Positions 55,771 through 64,000 of a DNA stretch of 64,000 nucleotides are shown here, piece by piece; the stretch's first letter is position 1; every line of letters starts with the position of its first letter. The DNA is from Verrucomicrobiota bacterium (GTDB taxonomy: Bacteria; Verrucomicrobiota; Verrucomicrobiia; Limisphaerales; SIBE01). The notes under the pieces are model-generated. The model was not told the origin of the DNA. It did no database searches and worked only from the letters and a program-made list of their open reading frames with translations. The stretch lies in assembly GCA_016209525.1 (NCBI GenBank), contig JACQWK010000022.1:160-64159 (forward strand), written 5' to 3'. A program made the translations under genes and the position numbers.

Positions 55771-56733
55771 ATGAAAGCCATTCGAGTCTATGAATTGGGG
55801 GATCCTGAAGTCTTGCGCCTCGATGAGTTGCCCGATCCTCAACCTCTCCCCGGACAGGTGTTGGTGCGCGTGCACGCGGTGGGAGTGAATCCAGTCGAAA
55901 CCTATATTCGGTCCGGGAAGTACGGCATATTGCCCTCACTTCCCTATACGCCCGGCACGGACGCCGCCGGCGTTGTCGAAGCGATCGGAGGTGGCGTGAC
56001 TCGGGTGGCTGTGGGAGACCGCGTCTATACCGCCGGGAGCCTGACAGGCGCCTACGCGAGCCTAACGCTTTGCGCAGAGAATCGAGTTCATCTATTGCCT
56101 CCGCGGGTCTCCTTTGAGCAGGGCGCCGCGGTCAATATCCCCTACGCGACGGCGTTTCGGGCTCTTTTTCAGCGGGCCAAGGCCATCCCGGGCGAAACGG
56201 TGCTGATCCACGGCGCGAGTGGAGGCGTCGGGGTCGCAGCAACTCAAATCGCTCACGCCGCAGGATTGAGGGTTATTGGCACGGCGGGGACCGACCGCGG
56301 GCAAAAAATGGTCGCCGAACAGGGTGCCCATCATGTGCTCAACCATCGCGAATCTGACTATGCGGAGAAAATCCTGAAGTTCACGGCTGGCCAGGGAGTT
56401 GACCTCATTTTGGAGATGCTCGCCAACGTGAATCTGGGAAAAGACCTGACCCTTCTGGCCAGGGGCGGGCGGGTCGTTGTCATCGGCAGTCGCGGCAGTG
56501 TTGAGATCAACCCTCGAGACGTGATGAGCCGCGATGCAGCAGTTCTCGGTATGGTGCTTTTCAACACTCCAGAGAAGGAACTCGCAGTGATCCACGCGGG
56601 ATTGGTGGCTGGTCTGGAGAACGGAACGTTGCGTCCGGTGCTCGGTCAGCGATTTTCACTCAGTGATGCCGCCCGCGCGCATCGTGCCGTCATGGAGCCC
56701 GGCGCGTTTGGGAAGATCGTGCTTACCCCGTAA
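55771..56733 (+). CDS. NADPH:quinone oxidoreductase (zeta-crystallin-like MDR)
   Basis: ATG at 55771: MKAIRVYELGDPEVLRLDELPDPQP..GQVLVRVHAVGVNPVETYIRSGKY...LIHGASGGVGVAATQIA... Confidence 0.85.
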   Translation: MKAIRVYELGDPEVLRLDELPDPQPLPGQVLVRVHAVGVNPVETYIRSGKYGILPSLPYTPGTDAAGVVEAIGGGVTRVAVGDRVYTAGSLTGAYASLTLCAENRVHLLPPRVSFEQGAAVNIPYATAFRALFQRAKAIPGETVLIHGASGGVGVAATQIAHAAGLRVIGTAGTDRGQKMVAEQGAHHVLNHRESDYAEKILKFTAGQGVDLILEMLANVNLGKDLTLLARGGRVVVIGSRGSVEINPRDVMSRDAAVLGMVLFNTPEKELAVIHAGLVAGLENGTLRPVLGQRFSLSDAARAHRAVMEPGAFGKIVLTP

Positions 56734-57272
56734 GCAACTCGAACCGGCAGGTGCCAACCTCGTAATCACCGCGTTGTCATCTCGGTCTGGATGGACGATT
56801 CAATCCGCTTCGCGACCCGCTGGAATTCGACACCCTGTCAGCTTCTGAAAGAAAAAACCGGGTTCCTAAGTCAGGGGATGACCGAGAAACCCGGGGAATT
56901 TTCAGAATCAGTACAACGAGGATTTGCGAGGAACCTCCGGCCTTGGCTGTACAGAACCAATGCCGAAAACTTTTAGGCCAGTCAAAGAACAACACAGCGC
57001 GCCAGTTCAGAATCATCGTCGGCCGCAAATCGCGGACAAATAGACCATCGCCTCCCGTGGCTGTCAAGCGCCTCGTCCGGTATAACGGCATACTCTCATT
57101 TTGGCCCGCGCGGAGTCCCGGCTTTTGCCGGACACCGCTTGAAATCCACCTAAAGCCGCGACTCCGAGCAGATCGCGAAATCAGTTCCGAACGGGTGAAT
57201 CGCAAGAAGCACTGGACTTTTTGCGATAGAAGCGACACTTTAAGAACCTGAGATTATGCAGGAGCAGACAGT

Positions 57273-57548
57273 ATGTTGAACGGTTACGAAATCATTCTAA
57301 TTCTAACATTGGCGCTGATATTCTTTGGCGCCAAAAAACTTCCGGAATTGGCGCGAGGTTTGGGGCAGGGGATTCGTGAATTCAGAAAAGCCAGCCGTGA
57401 AGTCACGAGCGAAGTTGAAACCATGATGGAATCCGAGCCCTATGCTCCTCCGAGAGAGATCCCGCCGCCCGCGCCTGAAGCCGAGCCGGTGACGCAAGGC
57501 GCGGCTGCTTCAGCCCCCCAAGAAACGTCCGCGCGTCACGAAGGATAA
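57273..57548 (+). CDS. tatA: Twin-arginine translocase subunit TatA/E
   Basis: 91 aa. EIILILTLALIFFGAKKLPELARGLGQGIREFRKA. GGAGCAG Shine-Dalgarno-like sequence 6-12 nt upstream. Confidence 0.9.
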   Translation: MLNGYEIILILTLALIFFGAKKLPELARGLGQGIREFRKASREVTSEVETMMESEPYAPPREIPPPAPEAEPVTQGAAASAPQETSARHEG

Positions 57549-57643
57549 GTCGATCGAGGGCCTTTCCGCCGGTTGCGCCATGGCGACTCTCAGAAGCTGT
57601 TCCGCAGCTTAACTTACCTTCCGAGATCACCTGCCATGAACTG

Positions 57644-57731
57644 AACCCACCCCTCCGCCCCTCCCGGGAGAAGAAATTTGGTCGGCTGCACGGCACGTCG
57701 CTCCACTCCTGGGAGGGGCTGAGAGTGGGTT
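57644..57731. repeat. ~88-bp palindromic intergenic element, copy 2 of 2 (first copy at 2979-3065)
   Basis: AACCCACCCCTCCGCCCCTCCCGGGAG...GCTCCACTCCTGGGAGGGGCTGAGAGTGGGTT. Arms are imperfect inverted repeats. Same length class and shared blocks as copy 1. Confidence 0.75.
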
Positions 57732-57797
57732 CAAGGCCCTGAGGCGCGCGAGAATCGCTCGAAGGCTCTCCACGATCTGCCAAGCTCCGGGATGCGG

Positions 57798-58976
57798 CTA
57801 CTGGGTACCCATCCCGACGCTCTGAACCGTTTGGAAGAGCTTCCCTTCCGTCTTGATGCTGGGGGCGATGATGATCGGAGTCTCTTGAAATTCGCGGATG
57901 GTGCGTGCCCCCACGTTCCCCATGCAAGTAGTGATCGCGCCGACCAGGTTCTGAGAGCCGTCATCAACCGTGGCGGGGCCGAACAAAATCTGTTTTAGGG
58001 AACCGCTGAGCCCCACCTTGATGCGAGTGCCTCGCGGGAGATTGGCATGGGGCGTTGCCATGCCCCAATGATTGCCCTGTCCAGGTGCTTCTTGGGCTCG
58101 GGCGAAGGCGCTTCCGACCATGACCGCGTCCGCCCCGCAAGCCAGCGCCTTGCAAACGTCTCCTCCTTTGCTCATCCCACCATCGGTAATGATCGGGACG
58201 TACCGGCTGGTCTTTTTGAAGTGCGTATCTCTGGCCGCAGCACAATCCACCGTGGCGGTCACCTGCGGCACTCCAAGGCCCAGCACGCCTCGGCTGGTGC
58301 AGGCGGCCCCCGGTCCCACTCCGATCAGGACCCCCGCGATGCCGCAACTCATCAGGCCGAGCGTCACCTCGTAGGTGACCGCGTTGCCGACGATGATGGG
58401 AATGTTCATCGAATTCACGAAAGCGGCCAGGTCGAGCGACTTGTATTCGGTCGCAATGTGCCGGACGGTGAAGACGGTGGACTGAACCACGAAAACGTCG
58501 GCGCCGGCTTCTTGGGCGATCGCCCCAAAGCGCGCGGCCTTCTGTGGAATGGAGCTGACGGCGGCCAAAACTCCGCCGCGTTTCAGTTCTTGAATGCGCC
58601 GGCTGATCAATTCTTCCTTGATCGGCTCCTGGTAGATGGCCTGAATCAGGCTCGTCACTTCTTCCTTGCCGGCCTTGACGATCTTTTTCAGCATTTCCGC
58701 TGGATTCTCATAGCGGGTCTGGATGCCTTCGAGGTTGATGACGCCCAGGCCCCCGAGCCGGCCCATCTCAATGCAAAAATGCACATCGGTCACTCCGTCC
58801 ATCGCGCTGGCGATGATCGGGATTTTTAGGGTGATGCAGCTTCCGTCCTTTTTCGGGATGCGAAAGGCGGTGTCCACTTCGTTGGGGTTGACGGTCACCT
58901 CTCCGGGGACGAGAGCGATCTCATCGAACCCGTAGGTCACGCGAGCTTTTCGGTTACGTCCAATCCACATTCCCAT
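57798..58976 (-). CDS. IMP dehydrogenase-family protein without CBS pair (GuaB3-like)
   Basis: 392 aa. GRNRKARVTYGFDEIALVPG...IIASAMDGV...VVQSTV...GVGPGAACTSR...ITDGGM..GGDV.KALA.GADAVMVGS. Confidence 0.8.
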   Translation of the reverse strand: MGMWIGRNRKARVTYGFDEIALVPGEVTVNPNEVDTAFRIPKKDGSCITLKIPIIASAMDGVTDVHFCIEMGRLGGLGVINLEGIQTRYENPAEMLKKIVKAGKEEVTSLIQAIYQEPIKEELISRRIQELKRGGVLAAVSSIPQKAARFGAIAQEAGADVFVVQSTVFTVRHIATEYKSLDLAAFVNSMNIPIIVGNAVTYEVTLGLMSCGIAGVLIGVGPGAACTSRGVLGLGVPQVTATVDCAAARDTHFKKTSRYVPIITDGGMSKGGDVCKALACGADAVMVGSAFARAQEAPGQGNHWGMATPHANLPRGTRIKVGLSGSLKQILFGPATVDDGSQNLVGAITTCMGNVGARTIREFQETPIIIAPSIKTEGKLFQTVQSVGMGTQ

Positions 58977-59057
58977 AAATCTTTCCTGTTCAGCTTGACT
59001 GTCGAGGCCCGGGCCTTGGAGCCACCGCCGATGGTTGGTGAAACCAACGTTCCGAGC

Positions 59058-59288
59058 CTAGAAACTGATATTATCGTTTAGTGTTCCACATTGCGGACAG
59101 CGTGAGCGGTCCACATCCGGATCGTCGGTATAAACAAAAGCGCATTTTTCACAACGAAAAATGTGATCTTCACTCGGTGTCGGCTCGAACCGTTTTCGCC
59201 GGAGTTCGTAATAGATGGCCACCGCCGAAAGCACCGCCAGCAGGCACACCACATAACCGAGCAAGAAGACTTGTGTGGACAGACCCAT
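59058..59288 (-). CDS. Small membrane-anchored zinc-ribbon protein (hypothetical)
   Basis: ATG 59288 (the ORF track uses TTG 59312): MGLSTQVFLLGYVVCLLAVLSAVAIYY (TM), then CEKCAFVY...RCPQCG (CxxC...CxxC). Last gene of the exbB operon. Confidence 0.5.
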   Translation of the reverse strand: MGLSTQVFLLGYVVCLLAVLSAVAIYYELRRKRFEPTPSEDHIFRCEKCAFVYTDDPDVDRSRCPQCGTLNDNISF

Positions 59289-59308
59289 AGTGGCCAGACT
59301 GGAATCAA

Positions 59309-60097
59309 TCAAGGGAGCAGTTGGCCCGTCTGCGGCAAAACCGGAAGCCAGCGGAAGATCAGGCGGCCAAAAGACGGGCTGGAAGAAACCGCCGCAGCGA
59401 CCGCGCCCTCCGGCGCAACGGATTCGAATCGCACGGATTTGGCGAATTCCAAGGCTCCCTGGTCGGTTTTCGCAGATCCGCTGCTGCTGACCCGCCGGGC
59501 GGAAAGAACATCGCCGTTGCTCGCGACGACGACTTCGATCACGCAGGGGGTCAGAATCCGCTCGGAATCCGCAGCGGGCAAAGCAGGCTTTGTCAACAGA
59601 CGCCGATGAGCGAGGCTGCCCTCAAGTCGCAAGTCCAGCAGGAACGCCAAAGGGCCGATGCTCACCTCGAACTCTGTGATGGGAGGGGCCGGCTTCATGG
59701 GAACGGATTCGGCTTGCGTGAGCTTGGCCTCCATGAACCGAGCGAAGGGACGAACCAAGGACTCGGATTCAGCCGCCAACCACTGCGGCGGCGCCAGCGG
59801 ATGGGTCGGTCGATAAGGGAACTCCGTCGGCCGGAGCCACGCGGATCCGGAGAATCCCTTAGGATGGACGAGCGCAAACAGGGTCGGATCAGACACGAAG
59901 TTGACGTCGCGCAACGATTCGTATTGGAAGCCGGAAACCATGCGAATGCGCGGCTTTCCGGTCACTCCCCCCGGCGAGGAAGACGGAAAGTCCGTGAGCA
60001 GCACGAGCAAGGAAGTCTGGCTGATGAATAGGAGAAGGATCGTCGCGAGCCAGCGGCGGCGGGACCAAGGCGCAGCTTCGATGACCGAATCGTTCAT
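59309..60097 (-). CDS. TonB-like energy-transducer candidate (N-terminal anchor, C-terminal TonB_C-like segment)
   Basis: 262 aa. RRRWLATILLLFISQTSLLVLL anchor. The C-terminus ...CVIEVVVASNGDVLSARRVSSSGSAKTDQGALEFAKSVRFES resembles the TonB C-terminal domain. ATGA overlap with exbD (60094-60097). Confidence 0.5.
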   Translation of the reverse strand: MNDSVIEAAPWSRRRWLATILLLFISQTSLLVLLTDFPSSSPGGVTGKPRIRMVSGFQYESLRDVNFVSDPTLFALVHPKGFSGSAWLRPTEFPYRPTHPLAPPQWLAAESESLVRPFARFMEAKLTQAESVPMKPAPPITEFEVSIGPLAFLLDLRLEGSLAHRRLLTKPALPAADSERILTPCVIEVVVASNGDVLSARRVSSSGSAKTDQGALEFAKSVRFESVAPEGAVAAAVSSSPSFGRLIFRWLPVLPQTGQLLP

Positions 60098-60540
60098 TCG
60101 GAAGAACGCCGCTCCGCCCGCTTTGGGAGGGGCTGGGAGCGGGCCACACAGAGGATTTCTTTGAAACGGATTTCGCCGGCCAGTGCCATCAGCCGGTAGA
60201 TGGGTTCGAGTTGAGCCGATCGATCCGCCAGGATTTCGAGAGTCAAGGGTTCCGGAGAAGCTCGAACCACCGCTTTCAACCGCCGCCGGAGATCTTCCTC
60301 ATCCTTCACCAGGAGGCTTTCGTAGTAAAATTGCCCCGCGACATCGACGGCGACAACCACGCGCGGATTCACAGTGCCCGGCAGCGGCTGCGGCACTTCC
60401 GGCAGGTTAATCCGAACACCCGGCGTGAAGACCAGTTCCGAGCTGAGCGTGAGGAAGATGGCCAAGAGGAAAAACACACTGGCAAACGGAGCCGCGTCGA
60501 GCTGGCCTCGGAAAATTTTGGAGTTCCTCGGCAGTTTCAT
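60094..60540 (-). CDS. exbD: ExbD/TolR-family biopolymer transport protein
   Basis: ATG 60540 overlaps the exbB stop (ATGA). MKLPRNSKIFRGQLDAAPFASVFFLLAIFLTLSSELVFTPGVRINLP..., 148 aa. The ORF-track start at 60705 lies inside exbB. Confidence 0.8.
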   Translation of the reverse strand: MKLPRNSKIFRGQLDAAPFASVFFLLAIFLTLSSELVFTPGVRINLPEVPQPLPGTVNPRVVVAVDVAGQFYYESLLVKDEEDLRRRLKAVVRASPEPLTLEILADRSAQLEPIYRLMALAGEIRFKEILCVARSQPLPKRAERRSSE

Positions 60541-61175
60541 TGCGATTTCGGCAGCGGCCGGTTGGTGACAATGTTCAGGATGTCGGTCGAAGCTTTTTCC
60601 ATGTCCAGCACGATGCTGTTCACACGGCTGACCAAGTAATTGTAGCCGGTGTAGCAGGGAATGGCCACCGCCAGTCCAAAGGCCGTGCAAATCAAAGCCT
60701 GCCACACTCCCTCGGCGAGCTTCTGCTTCTGGAGATTGATGCCGGCGCTGTCAATGTCGGAAAAAATCGTGATGAATCCGAGCACCGTGCCAAACAACCC
60801 CATGAGCGGGGCAATCTGGGCGATCGTGGCGAGCACATTGAGTTTCTCCTCCAGCCGCGGCACTTCGAGCAACCCGGCTTCCTCCAGCGCTTCCCGCACG
60901 CCTTCCCGGCCTCGCTCGTGGTTCAAGATTGCGGTCTTCACCAAGCGTGGCACCGGACCCGGAGTCGCTTCACAGATGGAGAGAGCCTCGACGACGTTCT
61001 CCCGTTTGAGGACGGTGCGAATGCCGTTGAGAAACTCGGCGGAGTTGATCTGCGCCCGGTGATAGTGTAGCAGGCGTTCGATAAAAACCGCGATGGCAAT
61101 AGCGCTCACGAAGAGCAGCAACGGCATCACTGGCCCACCCAGCTTCACCCATTGAGGCAAGAGGAACATGGCCAA
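60537..61175 (-). CDS. exbB: MotA/TolQ/ExbB proton-channel protein
   Basis: ~210 aa (TTG 61175 or ATG 61169). ...LATIAQIAPLMGLFGTVLGFITIF...AEGVWQALICTAFGLAVAIPCYTGYNYL. Confidence 0.85.
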   Translation of the reverse strand: MAMFLLPQWVKLGGPVMPLLLFVSAIAIAVFIERLLHYHRAQINSAEFLNGIRTVLKRENVVEALSICEATPGPVPRLVKTAILNHERGREGVREALEEAGLLEVPRLEEKLNVLATIAQIAPLMGLFGTVLGFITIFSDIDSAGINLQKQKLAEGVWQALICTAFGLAVAIPCYTGYNYLVSRVNSIVLDMEKASTDILNIVTNRPLPKSQ

Positions 61176-61236
61176 TCTATATCAGGAGCGCTCCCGAAAG
61201 TTCAAAGGTCAAATTTCGAGAAGCCATTCGTATTTG

Positions 61237-61305
61237 CCCGTAACGCGGACACTCCTGTCCGCGCCTGTTTGAGGAGAGCGCGGACAGGAGTGTCCGCGTT
61301 ACGGG
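61237..61305. repeat. Perfect 28-bp inverted repeat, CGGACACTCC-type element (copy 2)
   Basis: CCCGTAACGCGGACACTCCTGTCCGCGC - 13-nt loop CTGTTTGAGGAGA - GCGCGGACAGGAGTGTCCGCGTTACGGG. Checked base by base. Lies in the divergent exbB/hpt spacer. Confidence 0.9.
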
Positions 61306-61523
61306 TGCGAACCGCGCGCCTGGCCACAAGCCGACTTGCTGAATTTCGAGAAAAGCGCGTTGCACTTATGGTCCGGCCTGTTACTCCTTGCGGATGGAAA
61401 CATCCGGCGGCCGGAGAGCGGGCAGGCGGAGAATGACCTGATTGATTCCGAGCCCATTTGAACCAAGTTCTCCAAAGCCGCAAAACTCGCGTCCCTCGGC
61501 GATGGCGCAAGGAGGTGGCCCAA

Positions 61524-62063
61524 GTGCTGATCACCGAGGCCGCGTTGGAAAGGCGGATTCGCAGCTTGGCGCGGCAGATTGAACGTGATTTCCGAGGAGG
61601 CGAATTGGTCGTTGTCGCCCTGCTGAATGGCACGGTTCCCTTCCTCGCGGACTTGATCCGGAGGCTGACCTTGCCTCTTCGGCTCGACTTTCTCGGGGTC
61701 TCGAGCTATCGCGGGGCCACGCAGCCCCGGAAATTGATTTACACCAAAGAACTTCGACTCGACGTTCGCGGGCGAAGTGTTTTGGTCGTGGATGACATCC
61801 TGGACACGGGCCGGACTTTGTCCAGCGTGGTGGCCAAACTCCGGCGCTTGAAACCCCGACTCATCAGAACGTGTGTGCTCCTGGATAAGCCCGCTCGACG
61901 CATCGAGACCCTGCAAGCGGATTACGTCGGATTCAAAATACCGAATCTATTTGTGGTGGGTTACGGACTTGATTTCGCGGAAAGATACCGCAACCTGCCG
62001 TTTGTGGGCGTGTTGCGACCGGAGCTCTATCGGCTCCCCAGCGGGTGCGCGATCGAGCCGTGA
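61524..62063 (+). CDS. hpt: Hypoxanthine(-guanine) phosphoribosyltransferase
   Basis: GTG 61524 preceded by AAGGAGG at 61509-61515; 179 aa. ...VVVALLNGTVPFLADLIRRL..PLRLDFLGVSSY...VLVVDDILDTGRTL...LLDKP.RR......DYVGFKIPN.FVVGYGLDFAE.YRNLP. The ORF track starts at TTG 61458. Confidence 0.85.
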   Translation: MLITEAALERRIRSLARQIERDFRGGELVVVALLNGTVPFLADLIRRLTLPLRLDFLGVSSYRGATQPRKLIYTKELRLDVRGRSVLVVDDILDTGRTLSSVVAKLRRLKPRLIRTCVLLDKPARRIETLQADYVGFKIPNLFVVGYGLDFAERYRNLPFVGVLRPELYRLPSGCAIEP

Positions 62064-62278
62064 GTTTGCGATCACGATTGGGGGGCACACGCGCCCTCGC
62101 GTGTTCCGACCGGCGCCTGGCCGGTCGGAACGGGTGCGTGATTGGGTCACTGCCTGGCGACTTGTTTCAACACGCCAGGGTGGTTGGCGAGGGCGCCGAC
62201 CACTGCACGCAGGGCGCGTGCGCTCCCCCTTTCGACGGCAGAGTTGCGCGTTAGAGATTGGCAGAATAGAGAATTCGA

Positions 62279-62524
62279 ATGCGAATACAGGTCAATTTTT
62301 ATTCCTACTTCAGAGACCTCACCGGATGCGTCCAGACGACTGAGGAGGTGGCTTTCGACAGCACTCTGGGTGAGTTGCTGCAAACGGTTTACCTTCGGTT
62401 TCCAAAACTCGCGCAAATGCGCCGGTCCACGCTGGTCGCGGTCGGGGTCGAGTATCAAGATTCCGGATACCGCCTCCGAGAAGGAGATGAAGTCTCCCTT
62501 TTCCCGCCAGTCCAAGGGGGGTAA
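62279..62524 (+). CDS. moaD: MoaD/ThiS-family sulfur carrier (molybdopterin synthase small subunit)
   Basis: 81 aa ending ...GDEVSLFPPVQGG (C-terminal GG). Directly upstream of moaE. Confidence 0.8.
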   Translation: MRIQVNFYSYFRDLTGCVQTTEEVAFDSTLGELLQTVYLRFPKLAQMRRSTLVAVGVEYQDSGYRLREGDEVSLFPPVQGG

Positions 62525-62534
62525 TGAGAATCTT

Positions 62535-62560
62535 AGATTTGAAATTTCAGATTTGAGATC
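62535..62560. repeat. AGATTTSAGATTT low-complexity dispersed element (copy 2), in the moaD-moaE spacer
   Basis: AGATTTGAAATTTCAGATTTGAGATC. Shares ATTTCAGATTTGAGATC with 20735-20765. Confidence 0.7.
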
Positions 62561-62568
62561 GCGGAGGC

Positions 62569-62958
62569 ATGAAACGTCAATTGAGCATCACGACTGAGGC
62601 CATCGATGAGGCGGCTCTGGTGCAGGGCCGTTTGATGTCCCCCGGGATGGGCGCCGCGGTTTACTTCACGGGCGTTGTGCGCGGATCGGAAGGCGATGCC
62701 ACCATCCGCGCGATTGAATATGAAGCGTTTGAGCGGATGGCCGAGCACCAGTTCCACCGGCTCTTCGACCAGATCGAGCGCAAATGGCCGATTGAATCGG
62801 TCCGGTTGGTGCATCGAGTGGGGACCGTGCCCGTCAGCGAACCATCCTTGTGGGTCGAGATCATAGCGCCGCATCGCGGCGAAGCCTTTGCCGCTTGCCA
62901 GTTTTTGATCGACGAAATGAAGCGCGTCGTCCCCTTATGGAAGAAACCTCTGGCGTAA
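62569..62958 (+). CDS. moaE: Molybdopterin synthase catalytic subunit
   Basis: 129 aa. GAAVYFTGVVRG...IEYEAFERMAE....I.........V.LVHRVG.VPV.EPSLWV.I.APHR.EAF.AC.FLID..K..VPLWKK. GGAGG 2-6 nt upstream of the ATG. Confidence 0.85.
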   Translation: MKRQLSITTEAIDEAALVQGRLMSPGMGAAVYFTGVVRGSEGDATIRAIEYEAFERMAEHQFHRLFDQIERKWPIESVRLVHRVGTVPVSEPSLWVEIIAPHRGEAFAACQFLIDEMKRVVPLWKKPLA

Positions 62959-63029
62959 TACTTTGACCCCGTGCGCAACTTTCCCTCGTTTCCATTGTAA
63001 TAGAGTGGGTTGAACACAGAAGTCCTGGA

Positions 63030-64000
63030 ATGGCTTTCGTATCGATAAAGAACGTTCTGGCGCAAGCAGCTTTGGCGAGCTGCGACCAGTTCGACGCCTG
63101 GCTCAAAGAATGGCGGGTCGCGGTGGAAAACGGATCGCAGGAATCCTTGATCGCCTTTTTTTGCCGCGAAGCCGGGTTGTCCGAGGAGATGTTCCTGCAA
63201 CGTTTGGCCAAGGCGCTGGGCTGGCAGTACCTTGAGCTTTCCCGCGCCAATATTACTCCGGAGACTCGGAAGCGGATTTCGACGAAGGTCGCATTTCAAT
63301 ACACCGTCATCCCGACCCAATTCGAGAATAACACACTCCAAGTCGCGGTCAGCAACCCCTTTGATACCGGCCTGCTGAGCTCGGTCCAATTCGACGCCCA
63401 ATGCCCGATTCAGTTTGCCTTGGCTCCCAAGGACGAAATCGAGAAGGCGCTCAAGAAGTACTACGGCGTGGGTGCCGAGACGCTCGACGAATTGGCGGAA
63501 GATGAGCCGATCGAATTGGTTGTCGGCGAGGACAAAGAAATCACGGAGAGCGATCAGGAAGCCAGCGTCATCAAGTTCGTCAACCAAATCATCTGGGAAG
63601 CGTTCAAGGACCGCGCCACCGACATTCACTTCGAGCCTGCGGAGGACGAGCTGCGCATCCGGTATCGCATCGACGGGATTCTTCACCAGGCGCCGATGCC
63701 TCCCCAGCTCAAGCGATACCAAGCCGCGTTGATTTCTCGGATCAAAGTCATGTCCGGCATGAACATCGCCGAAAAACGCTTGCCTCAGGATGGCCGCATC
63801 AACGTTCGGATCAAAGGCGAAGAACTGGACATCCGCGTTTCGACGGTGCCGACGGTGTATGGCGAAAGCGTCTCTTTGCGTTTGCTCACGCGAGGGAAAA
63901 TCTTTTTGAGCCTGGACAAACTTGGCTTCGCTCCCTCGGAAGAGGAAGCTTTGCGGGAAATCATCGTGAAGCCCCACGGGATCCTTCTGGTCACCGGCCC
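63030..64000 (+). CDS. GspE/PilB-family secretion ATPase (type II secretion / type IV pilus), 5' part; runs off the right window edge
   Basis: Not in the ORF track (no stop in window). Own translation from ATG 63030: MAFVSIKNVLAQAAL...LAKALGWQYLELSRANITPETRKRISTKVAFQYTVIPTQFENNTLQVAVSNPFD... (T2SSE_N-like) ...ASVIKFVNQIIWEAFKDRATDIHFEPAEDELRIRYRIDGILHQ...RIKVMSGMNIAEKRLPQDGRI...DIRVSTVPTVYGESVSLRLL...PHGILLVTGP (just before the Walker A). Confidence 0.85.
   Translation, partial: MAFVSIKNVLAQAALASCDQFDAWLKEWRVAVENGSQESLIAFFCREAGLSEEMFLQRLAKALGWQYLELSRANITPETRKRISTKVAFQYTVIPTQFENNTLQVAVSNPFDTGLLSSVQFDAQCPIQFALAPKDEIEKALKKYYGVGAETLDELAEDEPIELVVGEDKEITESDQEASVIKFVNQIIWEAFKDRATDIHFEPAEDELRIRYRIDGILHQAPMPPQLKRYQAALISRIKVMSGMNIAEKRLPQDGRINVRIKGEELDIRVSTVPTVYGESVSLRLLTRGKIFLSLDKLGFAPSEEEALREIIVKPHGILLVTG

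Noticed and set aside
56734-57272. Possible ncRNA (6S, tmRNA, RNase P, SRP) in the 540-bp gene-free region upstream of tatA
   Set aside because: I could not find any of the conserved cores I know (for example GGAAAGTCCGG for RNase P, a tmRNA 5' GGGGCTGA plus tag ORF, or the SRP GGAA tetraloop context). There is only one weak hairpin (ACCGGGTT…AACCCGG). Needs a covariance-model scan.
62064-62278. Moco riboswitch upstream of moaD
   Set aside because: The region is made of GC palindromes (for example TTCCGACCGGC-GCCTG-GCCGGTCGGAA at ~62105-62131), typical of the spacer repeat families. I could not match the conserved Moco-motif elements from memory. An Rfam RF01055 scan would decide.
62661-63977. 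438-aa minus-strand ORF
   Set aside because: It lies opposite the clearly recognisable MoaE and GspE/PilB reading frames on the plus strand. The sequence is not protein-like (R/L/D-rich antisense pattern).

Overview
High-GC chromosomal segment, most consistent with a PVC-superphylum bacterium (Verrucomicrobiota/Planctomycetota-like). This lineage call is an inference from a DUF1501 protein, a DUF1559/H-X9-DG pseudopilin, PA14/Ig-type giant exoproteins and dense GC-rich palindromic intergenic elements. I can support about 43 protein-coding genes and 2 pseudogenes. I recognised no rRNA, tRNA, CRISPR array, integrase or transposase.

Content, left to right:
- Truncated type IIG/PglX-like DNA methyltransferase at the left edge. 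It is not in the ORF track because it starts with TTG and has no stop in the window.
- Frameshifted GH63-like glycosidase.
- TPR-GT41 protein, DUF1501 protein, and an HDOD + MBL-fold gene pair.
- NCS2 purine permease destroyed by an internal deletion.
- 1186-aa secreted PA14/Ig protein carrying a young 510-bp tandem duplication.
- Tightly linked pair: CHASE2-TM-TIR receptor plus FecR-TPR-beta-barrel outer-membrane protein.
- ArfB-like GGQ factor, then housekeeping and transport genes (EamA, alkaline phosphatase, GT2, CopA, MDR dehydrogenase).
- 3762-aa two-partner-secretion (TpsA) exoprotein with no TpsB partner in the window.
- Long U32 peptidase.
- PAS kinase / REC-HDOD / REC-degenerate-HD-GYP signalling operon.
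- Polyprenyl synthase, ECF sigma with a putative anti-sigma, TatA, GuaB3-like IMPDH, ExbB-ExbD-TonB-like operon, Hpt, MoaD/MoaE, and a truncated GspE/PilB ATPase at the right edge.

Best candidate for an undescribed system: the CHASE2-TIR + FecR-TPR-OM-barrel pair at 14.8-20.1 kb. I read it as an envelope sensor wired to a TIR (NADase-type) output. Second is the orphan giant TpsA. Several families of dispersed palindromic elements fill the spacers, and two may sit in frame inside genes. All family names are pattern recognition from memory; no searches were run.
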